Positions 10,805 to 21,946 of a stretch of 33,095 bases of DNA are shown piece by piece (within the stretch, counting starts at the first letter, position 1; every line of letters starts with the position of its first letter). The notes under the pieces were generated by a model that searched no databases, was not told the origin of the DNA, and saw only the letters and a list, made by a program, of their open reading frames with translations. The stretch comes from Octopus sinensis (taxonomy: Eukaryota), in assembly GCF_006345805.1 (NCBI RefSeq), contig NW_021832095.1, positions 1 through 33,095 of the forward strand. Direction: 5' to 3'. A program made the position numbers and the translations under genes.

Positions 10805-11211
10805 TTTTTTTTACTTGTTTCAGTCATTTGACTGTGGCCATGCTGGAGCACCGCCTTTAATCGAGCAACTCGACCCCGAGACTTATTCTTTGTACGCCCA
10901 GTACTTATTCTATCGGTCTCTTTTGCCGATCCGCTAAGTAACGGGGACATAAACGCACCAGCATCGGTTGTCAAGCAATGCTAGGGGAACAAACACAAAC
11001 ACACAAACACGCACACATACACATACACATATATATATACATATATACGACGGGCTTCTTTCAGTTTCCGTCTACCAAATCCACTCACAAGGCTTTGGTC
11101 GGCCCGAGGCTATAGTAGAAGACACTTGCCCAAGATGCCACGCAGTGGGCCTGAACCCGGAACCATGTGGTTGGTAAACAATCTACTTACCACACAGCCA
11201 CTCCTGCGCCT
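10805..11211 (-). mobile_element. Full-length tRNA-derived CORE-type SINE (family B; possibly octopus OR-type)
   Basis: Minus strand: GGCGCAGGAGTGGCTGTGTGGT A-box, GGTTCAGGCCC B-box, CORE-like ATCTTGGGCAAGTGTCTT, internal (TA)/(TG) tract, tail GGTGCTCCAGCATGGCCACAGTCAAATGACTGAAACAAGTAAAA. Confidence 0.88.
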
Positions 11212-11668
11212 ATATATACACATATACATTTCAAAATGTAGCTACATGTGGATTGTTGGCGATTTTTTTCCTCCGTCTTCCTTTTCTCTTGGACTTTATT
11301 TTGTCTCCATGTTTTCCTTGTTTTTGTTTTCCTTTTTAACTTACTTCTTGCTTCTATTCTCTTTCGTTCTCTTTCGCCTTTTCTCAGAAAACACCATGCT
11401 TTTTTTTTGAGCCTGAAAGATTAGAGGATAGTACATAGCACGCTATAAAATCTCGCCAGCCATTGCGCTTTCAGAGCGTGAAACTTATTGTAGTTCACAT
11501 TTAAACTCTGTGTATGTTAAATGATATTTATATCTCGCTAAATGGAGTACGTATTTTGTAGGATGAGTGTGTGTGTGTGTGTGTATGCGTGTGTGTGTAT
11601 GCGTGTGAGTATGTGTATGTGTGTGTGTGTATGTGAATATGAATATATGTATCCATACACACACACAC

Positions 11669-11671
<3 letters not shown>

Positions 11672-11701
<30 letters not shown>

Positions 11702-11756
11702 TGTATGTATGTATGTATGTATGTATGTATGTATGTATGTATGTACGTACGTATGT
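11672..11756. repeat. (TATG)n microsatellite, left half of a split array
   Basis: Directly visible; continues at 12487-12526. Confidence 0.95.
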
Positions 11757-12487
11757 CATTATTCAGTTTTATTTCAAGATTGCTTGCCTATTGAGAAAGT
11801 TAGTTTCTAACCTATTTCAACATCAACAACAGGTTATTTTTGTTTGTATGTATGTATCTGTAAAGATCTCTATGTTTTGCTTCATGTATGTATTCTCATG
11901 GATATAGTTGCATATCTAGACAGGCTCATTTAAATGATAAACTTCTTGTAAGTTTTACAGAGTTTTACAGTTCCAGTGTGATGGATTGGATCTGTAGTCT
12001 TCGAATTAGCTTTCTCCTTTCTGGTTTTGAGAAGCCCGATTTCTCAAGATTGGTATTTAAGCAGTGTGTTACATATCAGCGCCCCAATAATTACAGGTAT
12101 AAACCTGAACTTCTAATCTGGATAGAGTAACTTCAGATTTCTCAATAGTTCAGTTTAGGCATTCTCTTTCTCACTTATCTTCAGCTTTATGTTAACATCC
12201 GCTGAGCAGCTAATTTCCATAACTGTACACAGTTTCTCTTATCTATCCCATTATATCAGGTTTGTTGTCCTTACATTTTATTGAGGTTTCCACTGGGACA
12301 TTCCACCAGTATTCCTTTTCATTATGAGTGGCTATAGCTTCGAACATACTATAGGTTCTTGTTTCTTTGTCCTCGGGGTTATCCTTCTGACAGATTTTAT
12401 TATAGAGTGTCCTAGCAACAACATCATGTCTCATCAGTAGATAATACCGTGATAAAATGTTTGGATAACTGTTTATGATGTGGGTGA
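11757..12487 (-). mobile_element. 5'-truncated RLE-type (R4-like) non-LTR retrotransposon inserted in (CATA)n
   Basis: ITHIINSYP..RYYLLMRHDVVA (end of zinc knuckle + RHD), KPDI...MEISC..D...K..EK (PD-D/ExK nuclease), FIPVIIGAL, LQIQSITGTVKLCK; 3' UTR with AATAAA; flanked by a roughly 20-bp TSD containing variant CGTA units. Confidence 0.88.
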
Positions 12488-12969
12488 TGTATGTACGTAC
12501 GTACGTATGTATGTATGTATGTATGTATATTTAGCTCTCTACATATCATACTTAATGTTAATACATCGCTGAATGACAAACAAATTTATTGCGGTATTCG
12601 CCCGGAGATAACCTCCTAGTAATCGTTTTGTGAAAATCGTCCAGGCAACATTTAGCGAGAACACCAGGTGCATTTCTAACTTGTTGAGCGTTGTCAGTGG
12701 TGTGTACTCGCAACCAGCTCAGACGAGGCATTTATATCAACGACAAGCTCGCACCAATTTCTACTCTCAAATTCTATTCACAATGTAATGGTCAATCATT
12801 GGCGACAAATATATAACATTTGTCGCACAGACCGAACGCAGGAATTACGGGGTTATGAGTCGAAACTTTTAATCACAGCCTTGCTCGCAAATTTGAACAC
12901 TTTCTTCTCTGTTTTCTTTATTTCTTTTTTCTTTTTCAATGTATAAAAAATAACACGTCCGGTAAGTAC

Positions 12970-13300
12970 AGTATGACCAAACGGTTAATAACCTCGCTTC
13001 GCAATCATGAACCCCGAGTTCGCTCGAAGAGCATGGTATCTTGGGCAAATATCATTTTGTACAGCCTACAGTCAACTCTTGTCTTGTGGATGGAATTGGA
13101 AAGATGGAAACTGCATAAATGTCCGACGGGAAGATTTTGCTAATAATTCCAAAAGGTACATACAGCTTTGTCACACGCTATGACACACTAATTCTGTCTG
13201 AAAATTATGTTAAGGATACGCATGTCATTGAAAATGTTAACCCATTTTACACGTCAGTTTGATCGAATAACTACCCGGGTCCTCGTAGCTGAACTACGGA
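12970..13300 (+). mobile_element. Degenerate CORE-type SINE
   Basis: ATCTTGGGCAAAT and GATGGAAACTG motifs collinear with family B. Confidence 0.55.
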
Positions 13301-13991
13301 GATCCACCACCACCACCACCACCTCCACCTCCACCACATCTAACAATACATCCATCCAGCAAATTAAATATTCAGCTATTTTGTTTGGTGTTTTTTACGT
13401 TTTATTTTCCTTCTCTTTGATTCTTGTGTTTTGTTTGTTTGTTTTTTTGTTTATTTGCTTATCCGTTCAAACTGTTACCACCAGCCTTCAGCATGACTTC
13501 ACATTCGGCAATATAGTTTTGTTTAACAGAAATTGTTCCGAACAAAAGTAAAGAAAAGAAACGAAACAGGTATCCTCTTTCATCGATGTCCACATTTTTC
13601 AGCGTCAAAGTATCTTGACAAGAAAAGGGTCAGACAGCAAGACAGCTTGTGCATAGTCTGTAATGACAGATTCCTTCCCTACAGTTAGCAATTTGTGTGC
13701 CCTTATTTTATCATTTTGTATTGGATTTGTCTTTAACAGTGTCAACCAGTTCCATTCATATCTTGTTGTTATAAGTTTATTTTCTGATGAGGATAGGATA
13801 AAAAAAAATTGACGGTTGCACTAACTACCTGGTAGGTAACAAAGAGCATTATAGCTTGTATGTGTTTCTGTGTATCAATGTAAGTATACATAACTATACA
13901 TATATGTATGTGTGCGTGTGTGTAAACATATATGCACACGTATATTTACATCTATATATACATATAATTGTATGCATTATGCGTGTGTGTG

Positions 13992-14031
13992 TACATACAT
14001 ACATACATACATACATACATACATACATACA

Positions 14032-14060
<29 letters not shown>
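13992..14060. repeat. (CATA)n microsatellite
   Basis: Directly visible. Confidence 0.95.
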
Positions 14061-14065
<5 letters not shown>

Positions 14066-14194
14066 CATATATATACATATATGTATATGTACACGCTACC
14101 ATTGCACCCCAGCGTTGCCCGGATGTTATGAACTACAGCCACGTTTCTTATGGGCAGAATAGGCATGTTTTTGGTCATTTTCTGATGAACAACG

Positions 14195-14345
14195 CTGCAG
14201 TTTCCGTCTACCAAATTCAGTCACAAGTCTGTGGTTGGCGTTGGGCAATGAAAACACTTGAGCAAGGCACCACGCAGAGGGACTGAAAGAGGAACTATAG
14301 GGTTGGAAAGTAAACTTCTCAACCACACAGTCATTCATGCACCTA
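14195..14345 (-). mobile_element. SINE family B 5' part, diverged
   Basis: CAGTTTCCGTCTACCAAATTC...ACACTTGAGCAAGGCACCACGCAG...AACCACACAGTCA aligns to 11060-11210. Confidence 0.8.
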
Positions 14346-14791
14346 ATAAGAGTGTGTGTGTGTTTACATTTGTTGTTAAATCGTGCATTGTGTCCTACAA
14401 TGTCTCGAAGTTAGCAGTTCATCAAGCAGAGATCGATAAAATAAATGCCACATTGAAATACGTACTGAGGTCAGTATGGTCAATTTAATTTTTAGAGGTG
14501 ATACCCCATCATGACGACAGGCGAAAGACTAAATCCAGTTAAATAATGTTTAAAGACTCACTGGCTTCAAATTTAAGGTAATGGATTACTAACCACAAGG
14601 TAATGAATTCAAAACCTCCACTTCATACGATAATACTATATGTACATCTCAGTCTACTTAACTTCCAACAATTAACAATTGTAATTTGAAGTTGAATGGT
14701 GAGCAGTAAAAATGATGTCCAGATTTCTTTAAAAATTATTGTGCAAAATATTCTGAGAAAAAGTACTTTTTCACCACAATAAAACACATAC

Positions 14792-14848
<57 letters not shown>

Positions 14849-15159
14849 TCTCTGTGGTAACTTGAGCTACTACAAATGGCAGCTAAATCTCTCTTAAAAC
14901 ACACCCTTTCGTCAAAAGAAAGACACAGATTTACAGTATTTCAGGAAGAAAAAAATTGCGACATCAGAGGCAACTCTGGGCTAAACAAAACACAGACCAA
15001 CATACTTCCCATTAAAAGATTATCTTCGAAATAATATTAATAAAGTTGACGGTATGTCTTCGAAGTTTCATTCCCTGGTAAAACTCCTTTGCAATTTAAA
15101 CATTTTCTCATTATGCTCTATCATTGATATAAAACTTGTTCTGGCAAAGTTGCCTTCCT

Positions 15160-15355
15160 TAGCTAAAGACCTAAAAATTATGCGACCCGACCGCGTTTCG
15201 TAGCCAAATGATTACTAAATCTATTGATACCTCATAAGTCAAAATCGGCAACTCAGTTTTCGAATTCATAAGGAACATACGCGCACGCACACGCACACAC
15301 ACACACACACACATACACACACATACACATAGAAACTCTGCTTTACTATATAAGA
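15160..15355 (-). mobile_element. Degenerate non-autonomous Helitron-like element
   Basis: Same layout as 26427-26805: minus-strand A|TC 5' start, (TG)n tract, AAAATCGG motif, GC-rich patch near the other end. The 3' CTRR end is unclear. Confidence 0.4.
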
Positions 15356-15418
15356 TATATATATACACACATACATACGTACATGCATACATACATATAG
15401 ATATAGATATATATATAT

Positions 15419-15580
15419 GACAGGCTTCTTTCAGTTTCCATCAATCAAATCCACTCACAATGCTTTGATCGGCCCGAGGCTATAGTAGAAAACATTTGCC
15501 CAAGGTACCACACAGTGGGACTAAACTCGGTAACATGTGTTAGTAAACAAGCTACTTACCACACAGCCACTCCCCTGCCT
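15419..15580 (-). mobile_element. SINE family B 5' part
   Basis: High similarity to 11048-11210. Confidence 0.88.
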
Positions 15581-15698
15581 ATACATATATCTATACACAC
15601 TCAGAAATTCCTGTATACATGATATCTAGATATATGTACATATGTATATAGCTAGATACATATATACGTGCTACACACATGCATACACACACACATAC

Positions 15699-15746
<48 letters not shown>

Positions 15747-15772
15747 ATATGTATATATGTGTGTAGATATAT

Positions 15773-15809
<37 letters not shown>

Positions 15810-16429
15810 CATGCAGAAAGTTCGCCATCCGGGCGGTTTTCTGCAAGCCATTTGATAATATTGTCACATTTGAATCCCAATTCTAATAATTTTAAAATTA
15901 CGTCTAATTATTTCTTTGTATAATAGTACTCACTTGCTTAGTAAATATTGCTTTTATTAATTTATCACAGTCATAATCTCACTTTTTTAAACAAACATCA
16001 AGGTAGTCCAACTACGTTAAGTGTGCAAAAACAGAGCAGCGATCACAGAGATATTTTAATACCTATAGCATAACAACTAACCATAGCAACAAATTCACTT
16101 GATAATTCTTAGATAACAATGGAAAAGAAATAAATCACATGAGTTCGAAGCTTCAGTAAGTTTTAATAAGTTGTCCAATATAATTTTTTTTTCTACTATG
16201 TACAAATAATAAACTGAGGGCATTTACATAGCGAATTTAAGTCAAGGAAATAAAACCTGAAATGAAAAAATTGCAATGAATATATATCAAGCAAATTATT
16301 ATTTATGAAAACAATTGGAGGCGGGAGAGTGATAGTGAGAGAGTGTTGCAAATGAAAACGAAAAATTTCGCCACAATATATTAATATTGTTTATAAAACG
16401 TTAAAACCTACTCTGCAGTAAACGTAAAG

Positions 16430-16500
16430 CTTGGCAACGAATATTTACACATCTTAGCAACGAATATTTAAACATCTTGGCAATGAATATTTAAACATCT
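16430..16500. repeat. 23-bp tandem repeat x3
   Basis: CTTGGCAACGAATATTTACACAT / CTTAGCAACGAATATTTAAACAT / CTTGGCAATGAATATTTAAACAT. Confidence 0.9.
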
Positions 16501-16826
16501 CCTCTAGATTTTAGAAGTAGCGGTTTTTCTTGTTGCAAAATCAGCGAATGTGTGTCGCTTGAAATTAATATATATTGCGTGCATCTCTATCCGACGAGGT
16601 GCCCAGTACTGAAAAGAAGGAGAAATAGCCCGAAACGAGGCTGGTCTGCTGGTCCCGTCGCTAGAAGGTGATAGGGGCTCGCTCCCCTGCTCGCAATATT
16701 TCAGGTGCAGCTGTGTATCGTCATTCAGCTAGAGGAGATGTCCTCTTTGGGTTAAAAAATTGCAGTAAAGTCCGTCCGAACGGACGGCCATGTTCAAGTG
16801 ACTACAACATTACTTTTATGTGTGTG

Positions 16827-16834
<8 letters not shown>

Positions 16835-16886
<52 letters not shown>

Positions 16887-17020
16887 TATAATATATATAT
16901 AGATATCTATATATATATATATATATAGTATATATATATGTATATATATGTATATATATATGTATGTATGTATATATATATATATAATATGTATATATAT
17001 ATATAAATATATATATACAC
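16835..17020. repeat. (TA)n microsatellite
   Basis: Directly visible. Confidence 0.95.
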
Positions 17021-17796
17021 GCATGCACACCCACGCACACACATACACACTCATATATATAATACTTATATATACATAAATTTTTATAAACATATGTATT
17101 TTACATACATATATACACACATACATGTGTGCATACATATGTTTTATGTGCATATATGCGTGTATGTGTATATATTTGCATCTCTTTACAAATACATACA
17201 CGCTGAGTTGATGTGTATTTGTGTATTCACGTCAGTATATATTGATGTTTCATTTTTTTGACCAGAATTAAGCTCCTTTTTCAATGAGTTATATAACCTG
17301 AATGCTTTAAAATGATAATAAGTGAAATGTTTCATTTGTGTTGAATTTATCGCTATAATAATAAACTATTTTCCGAGTGAATAGTATTGAATACATTTCG
17401 AGAATACTGTTGCCATTAACGCTTTGTTACATTCTATCAATTCTGAATAGAAATTTGAGGTGAGTCACGAGAGCACTTGAATGACTGTTCTGTATCAAAC
17501 ACGACGTTGATATCTTGTTGATCTACATTTTGTATTTGAAAATATTTGTGACGTAAAAGAAGTCACATGAACATTGCACAGTAAATTAATAACCAGAAGG
17601 AAAGAATAGTATCTTCTAAACAAATGAGTAAATATAGTCTGGTGTCTAACGCTTACAAATGAAATTAGAGACTGTTAGTATGGCTGAAATGTGGACAACT
17701 TTCTTAATTGTCTAAATATATTGTTGGTGATTCTCCACAGGTGTCATTTGTCATATATATCATAATCATCATCATCATCATCATCATTGGTAAAAC

Positions 17797-18026
17797 GGCG
17801 AGCTGGCAGAAACGTTAGCACGCCGGGCGAAATGCTAAGCAGTATTATATCGTCTGCCGCTACGTTCTGAATTCAAATTCCGCCGAGGTCGACTTTGCCT
17901 TTCATCCTTTCGGGGTCGATAAATTAAGTACCAGTTACGCACTGGGTCGATGTAATCGACTTAATCCGTTTATCTGTCCTTGTTTGTCCCCTCTATGTTC
18001 AGCCCCTTGTGGGTAGTAAAGAAATA
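17797..18026 (+). mobile_element. SINE family A with tail 1 (Tx1-like)
   Basis: Very similar to 2547-2776; ends GCCCCTTGTGGGTAGTAAAGAAATA. Confidence 0.92.
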
Positions 18027-18160
18027 GGTATTTCGTCCGTCGCTACGTTCTGAGTTCAAATTCCACCGAGGTGGACTTCGCCTTTCATCCTTTTGGGGTC
18101 GATGTAATCAACTAGTCCTCTCACCCCAATTCTCAGGCCTTGTACCTTTAGTAGAAAGGA
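18027..18160 (+). mobile_element. Headless SINE family A with tail 2
   Basis: Starts at GGTATTTCGTC; core has a deletion between the two GGGGTCGAT repeats; tail CAGGCCTTGTACCTTTAGTAGAAAGG followed by (TAT)n. Confidence 0.85.
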
Positions 18161-18174
18161 GTATTATTATTATT

Positions 18175-18470
18175 GTTGATCTGACTCAGGTTCGTTCTTA
18201 TTCCTGGTAGAATTTATGTGGTTAGCGGGTAACCTTAGGTATTCACAAGCTTTCAAAAACCTTTCAAATACATAAAATCTTCCTGATAATCTTTCCTGTC
18301 CCTAAAAAGCATACTTTCTGTAGAAGATCTACTAGACATTATTTTCCAATCTCCTTCAACCATTTTTCTATATCTTACTTCCAGTTTCCAAAGCACCAGT
18401 TATTACAGGCACAACGTTTACAATTTTCATATTCCAAATTCTTGCAATTTCAAAATTCAAGGGATTAAGT
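18175..18470 (-). mobile_element. Dong/R4-like LINE 3' fragment in (TAA)n
   Basis: FEIARIWNMKIVNVVPVITGALET / EKWLKEIG*CLVDLLQKVCFLGTGKIIRKIL*, a typical R4/Dong C-terminus; (TAA)n on both sides. Confidence 0.82.
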
Positions 18471-18472
18471 CA

Positions 18473-18545
<73 letters not shown>

Positions 18546-18618
18546 CATCATTATTATTATTATTATCATTATTATCATTATTATTATTGTTGTTGTTGTT
18601 GTTATTATTATTATTATT
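18471..18618. repeat. (TAT)n microsatellite
   Basis: Directly visible. Confidence 0.95.
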
Positions 18619-19148
18619 GAGTGAGAGAGCAGTGCATGCTATCAAAGTGACACTAGGTAAAATATACGAAGCCCAGTATACCCATTATGACTACCCGTCT
18701 GATAAGGGTACACCAGGCACATACATCACAACCATATGTGCGCGACACGGTAATCTCATATCAAGATAAACAACACATGACCTTGCAGGTGGGGCCCAGT
18801 TAGAATTTTCTTCAGGTCGAGTAGCCCATCCCGCTCAAAAGCTCCCTGAATAAGGGTCGTTTAAAGTTTTGAACGAAACACCCATGTTTCCAGAGAATTC
18901 CTCTCAACACATGACTATGATGCTCCCCCACTACTTTTGTTCGTGATCAGAGATACACATATCGCCAGCCACTAAGGGACATGCTCAACTGGTTAAGGTC
19001 AAACAACCGACAAGCAAATCTGTGGTATTGAGCAAAATATTTGTTGTAGCCCATCTTTTATACCAATGCAAAACAATGTACATGATAACACTTCCTATCA
19101 GTTAAGATCAGAAGCCTTGAGAGCCACTGCCTGGTACTGCATCAGGGT
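18619..19148. mobile_element. About 530-bp non-coding insertion precisely bounded by (TAT)n tracts
   Basis: Sharp boundaries with in-phase (TAT)n on both sides; no ORF, TIRs or clear tRNA head. Probably a non-autonomous retroelement. Confidence 0.6.
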
Positions 19149-19177
19149 ATTATTATTATTATTATCATTATTATTAT

Positions 19178-19840
19178 AGTTGTATGAAAACTCACAGTTC
19201 ATTTTGCTGGGTATGATGGAAAGTATCAGCGGTCCACAGCCAGCAGAGTAAGGTGACACTTGTTTACTGGTCATACTTCAAGAACTCTGCGAAGAATTCT
19301 TGCAGTTCTAGGCAATGCTGATTTTTGTAGAAGTTCTACCTTCACACTTGCACCCATCTTTTTCAGCCATGCTGGTAGTTGAGTGCTGATACTTCCAAAT
19401 GCACCAATTACTATTGGTATCATTAACTCTCTTCATTAACCACAACTTTCGTATTTCCCACTTTAAATCGTCGTAGTTGTTTATTTTTTCTTCTTTCACA
19501 TTGGTCCTGTTGTCATCGGGGCATGCTATGTCGATAATCACATATTCTTTTTTATTCACCACAACAATGTCAAGTTTCCTATGTTTGGTCTGGATCATTA
19601 CATCCCACGGGATTTTATTTTCGGTGACTCCTTCTGCGGTTTTCTCATACCACGTCTTTGCTCTTTGTGGGATGTGATTCCCACAGAGCTCCCAATGGAT
19701 CATTTTTGCCACATTGTCATGGCGCCGTTTGTATTCGCGTTGTGCCAATTTCGAGCATTCGTTAATGATGTGCCATACCGTTTCACCCCTCTCACCGCAC
19801 ATTCTCCATTTGTCGCTATCGGTAGTATTATCAATTTTGT
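19178..19840 (-). mobile_element. Dong/R4-like LINE 3' fragment (zinc knuckle + RLE endonuclease + 3' UTR)
   Basis: RMCGERGETVWHIINEC, YKRRHDNVAKMIHWELC, WD..IQT.HR.LDIVVV...IIDIACP.D...KEEK, IPIVIGAFG, QKSALPRTARILRRVLEV*; the 3' end runs into (TAA)n. Confidence 0.92.
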
Positions 19841-19876
19841 GTGTGCGTTTGTACTTGTGAGCGTGTGTAAATATTA

Positions 19877-19960
19877 GGGTCGATTTGTTAGATTAAACCC
19901 TTCAAGACGGTGCCCCAGCATGGCCGTAGTCCAATAACTGAAACAAGCAAAAAATAAAAG
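19877..19960 (+). mobile_element. SINE family B 3' tail
   Basis: CGGTGCCCCAGCATGGCCGTAGTCCAATAACTGAAACAAGCAAAA matches the tail of the 10805 copy. Confidence 0.75.
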
Positions 19961-20319
19961 ATATAAGATAAGACAGAGGAAGAGTTACTCAACCAAAATA
20001 TGCAATTTGAACGACCTATGTCACTTAATAGAAAAGTTTTGCCCGTTTTGCATGATTTTCGGTGCAATCCACGTACAATATCTCTATACTATACCTCTAT
20101 ACACTGTCAGTACAATATCTTTCTACCTTATACAATATATTTATTCAATAAATAATATCTACACCGTACACAATATACAAACATTTTCTTTACAAAATCT
20201 CAAGAATCTCGAGCTATTTCTAGGATGTTGTTTCTAGTACAGTAAAGCTGTTTCTAGAACGTTGAGTTGTCAGAAATGATGGCCAATTGGATAAAGCACC
20301 TTTTCATGTTTAGTTACAT

Positions 20320-20425
20320 CTCTTGATATTCTGTGTTCAAATTTCACCGGGGTCAGCTTTTGTTTCTAATCCTTCTGGGATCGATACATTAAGTACCAGC
20401 CAAACACTAGCACTGATATAATCGC
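20320..20425 (+). mobile_element. SINE family A core fragment
   Basis: GTTCAAATTTCACCGGGGTCAGCTTTTG...TCGATACATTAAGTACCAG. Confidence 0.7.
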
Positions 20426-20699
20426 CCATATTCAAATGTGTGGCTTTATGGATGTGGTAAGTTAAGAATAAATATTTAGCTTTATTGATCGAATGTCTCA
20501 ATTCATAATACAAAAAACAGTTAATCTTATTCGCCCGCAAGTAAGACATGGTAACTTCTGTCATGTTTTTTGCTAATCGTTTCGGGTGCTTATGTAGTTG
20601 CGAACAGACACAAATATATTCTCGGCCCCTTCAACCATGACCTAGAATATATCGAAGATGGGTAAGCAGGAGGGATAGAGAGCTGCACTAGCACGAAGG

Positions 20700-20838
20700 T
20701 TGGTACCCATGATAGGCTAAGTAGACTGGAGTAATGTGAAATGAAGTGCCATGTCCAAGGAAACAATGCGCTGCTCGGTCCCGGAATTGAACCCATGCTG
20801 TTATGATCCTAAGTTGAACAATCAACCGCTAGGCCACG
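20700..20838 (-). mobile_element. tRNA/CORE-type SINE 5' part (family C)
   Basis: Minus strand: GTGGCCTAGCGGTT A-box, GGGTTCAATTCC B-box, TCCTTGGACATGGCACTTCA CORE-like segment. Confidence 0.75.
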
Positions 20839-20914
20839 TTCATAATCTCCGATATTAACTCTACATTTCAACACTCTCCGAGTTCCATAAGCATAAACAT
20901 TAAATAAATATCAA

Positions 20915-21080
20915 GTGGAGCGGGTGATTATTGTGTAATGAACAAGGTCGATTCGCAACTCCGTCGTCGCTTCGGATTCGATCTCTCAGTGTGACACCTT
21001 AAGAAAGTGTCTTCTACCATAGCCCCGGGTCGACCAAATCTGTGTGAATAGATTTTATAAATGGAAACCGTTCGGAACCC
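20915..21080 (+). mobile_element. Degenerate SINE family B
   Basis: GGATTCGATCTC, CACCTTAAGAAAGTGTCTTCTACCATAGCCCCGGGTCGACCAAA. Confidence 0.7.
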
Positions 21081-21299
21081 ATCTGAAGAACCAAATTTAC
21101 TTTTGACACTTCAGTGCTTTTGCAGAGTCCAGTCGGGCCGGAATTCTTGTCTGAAAATAATTTCTTCCTTTACACCCTTACCTCCTTACTTCTTTCCTCC
21201 CCCCTCTCTCTCTATATATATGTATCTATATCTATCTATCTATCTCTATCTATCTCTATCTATCTCTTTCTCTCTCTATCCCTATCTCTCTCCCCTCTT

Positions 21300-21330
<31 letters not shown>

Positions 21331-21361
21331 TCCTTCCTTCCTTCCTGCCTCCGCCAATCAG

Positions 21362-21420
21362 TGGAGGCCCTGAAAAGATTATATCCAAAGGAAGAAGTGC
21401 AGTTACTAAGGATATTAAAG
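21362..21420 (+). CDS. Candidate 59-bp internal exon of an unidentified gene
   Basis: Long pyrimidine tract + CAG acceptor (21359-21361); strong AAG|GTAAGA donor at 21421; two frames open (xEALKRLYPKEEVQLLRILK or xGGPEKIISKGRSAVTKDIK). Product not recognised. Confidence 0.4.
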
Positions 21421-21589
21421 GTAAGAACAAATGAAAATTATGTGGAAAAACCACATTCTTCCTCAGCAAAATTTTGTCCTTGTATTTAAGTGAGAAAATC
21501 AATATTCATTTTATTATATCTGCTTATGTAAAAGTGATGAAACGACAACAACTACAGATAAATGGAAATATGTCAAAATGAAAATTATT

Positions 21590-21630
21590 CAACAACAGCA
21601 ACAGCAACAACAACAAGAATAACAGCAACT

Positions 21631-21708
<78 letters not shown>

Positions 21709-21835
21709 ACAGCAGCAATAGCAGTAGTAGCAGTAGTAGTAGTAGTAGTAGTAGTAGTATAGCAGCAATAGCAGTATAGCAGCAATAGTAGTAGTAGTTA
21801 GTAGCAGTAGTAGTATTAGTAGTCGTAGTAGATTT

Positions 21836-21868
<33 letters not shown>

Positions 21869-21885
21869 ATGATGGCGGTGGTGTG

Positions 21886-21930
<45 letters not shown>

Positions 21931-21946
21931 TAGTAGTAGTAGTAGT
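21590..21946. repeat. In-register trinucleotide series (CAA)-(CAG)-(TAG)-(TGG)
   Basis: Directly visible. Confidence 0.9.

Noticed and set aside
13602-13687. TTTTCAG acceptor followed by SKYLDKKRVRQQDSLCIVCNDRFLPYS*
   Set aside because: A lone CxxC without the rest of a zinc finger; no convincing donor.
16430-16500. Short direct repeats as a CRISPR-like array
   Set aside because: The units are contiguous with no spacers, the context is eukaryotic, and there are no cas genes.
18775-18830. HDV-like ribozyme within the 530-bp element
   Set aside because: Some pseudoknot-like pairing is possible, but the L3, P1.1 and P4 requirements are not met.
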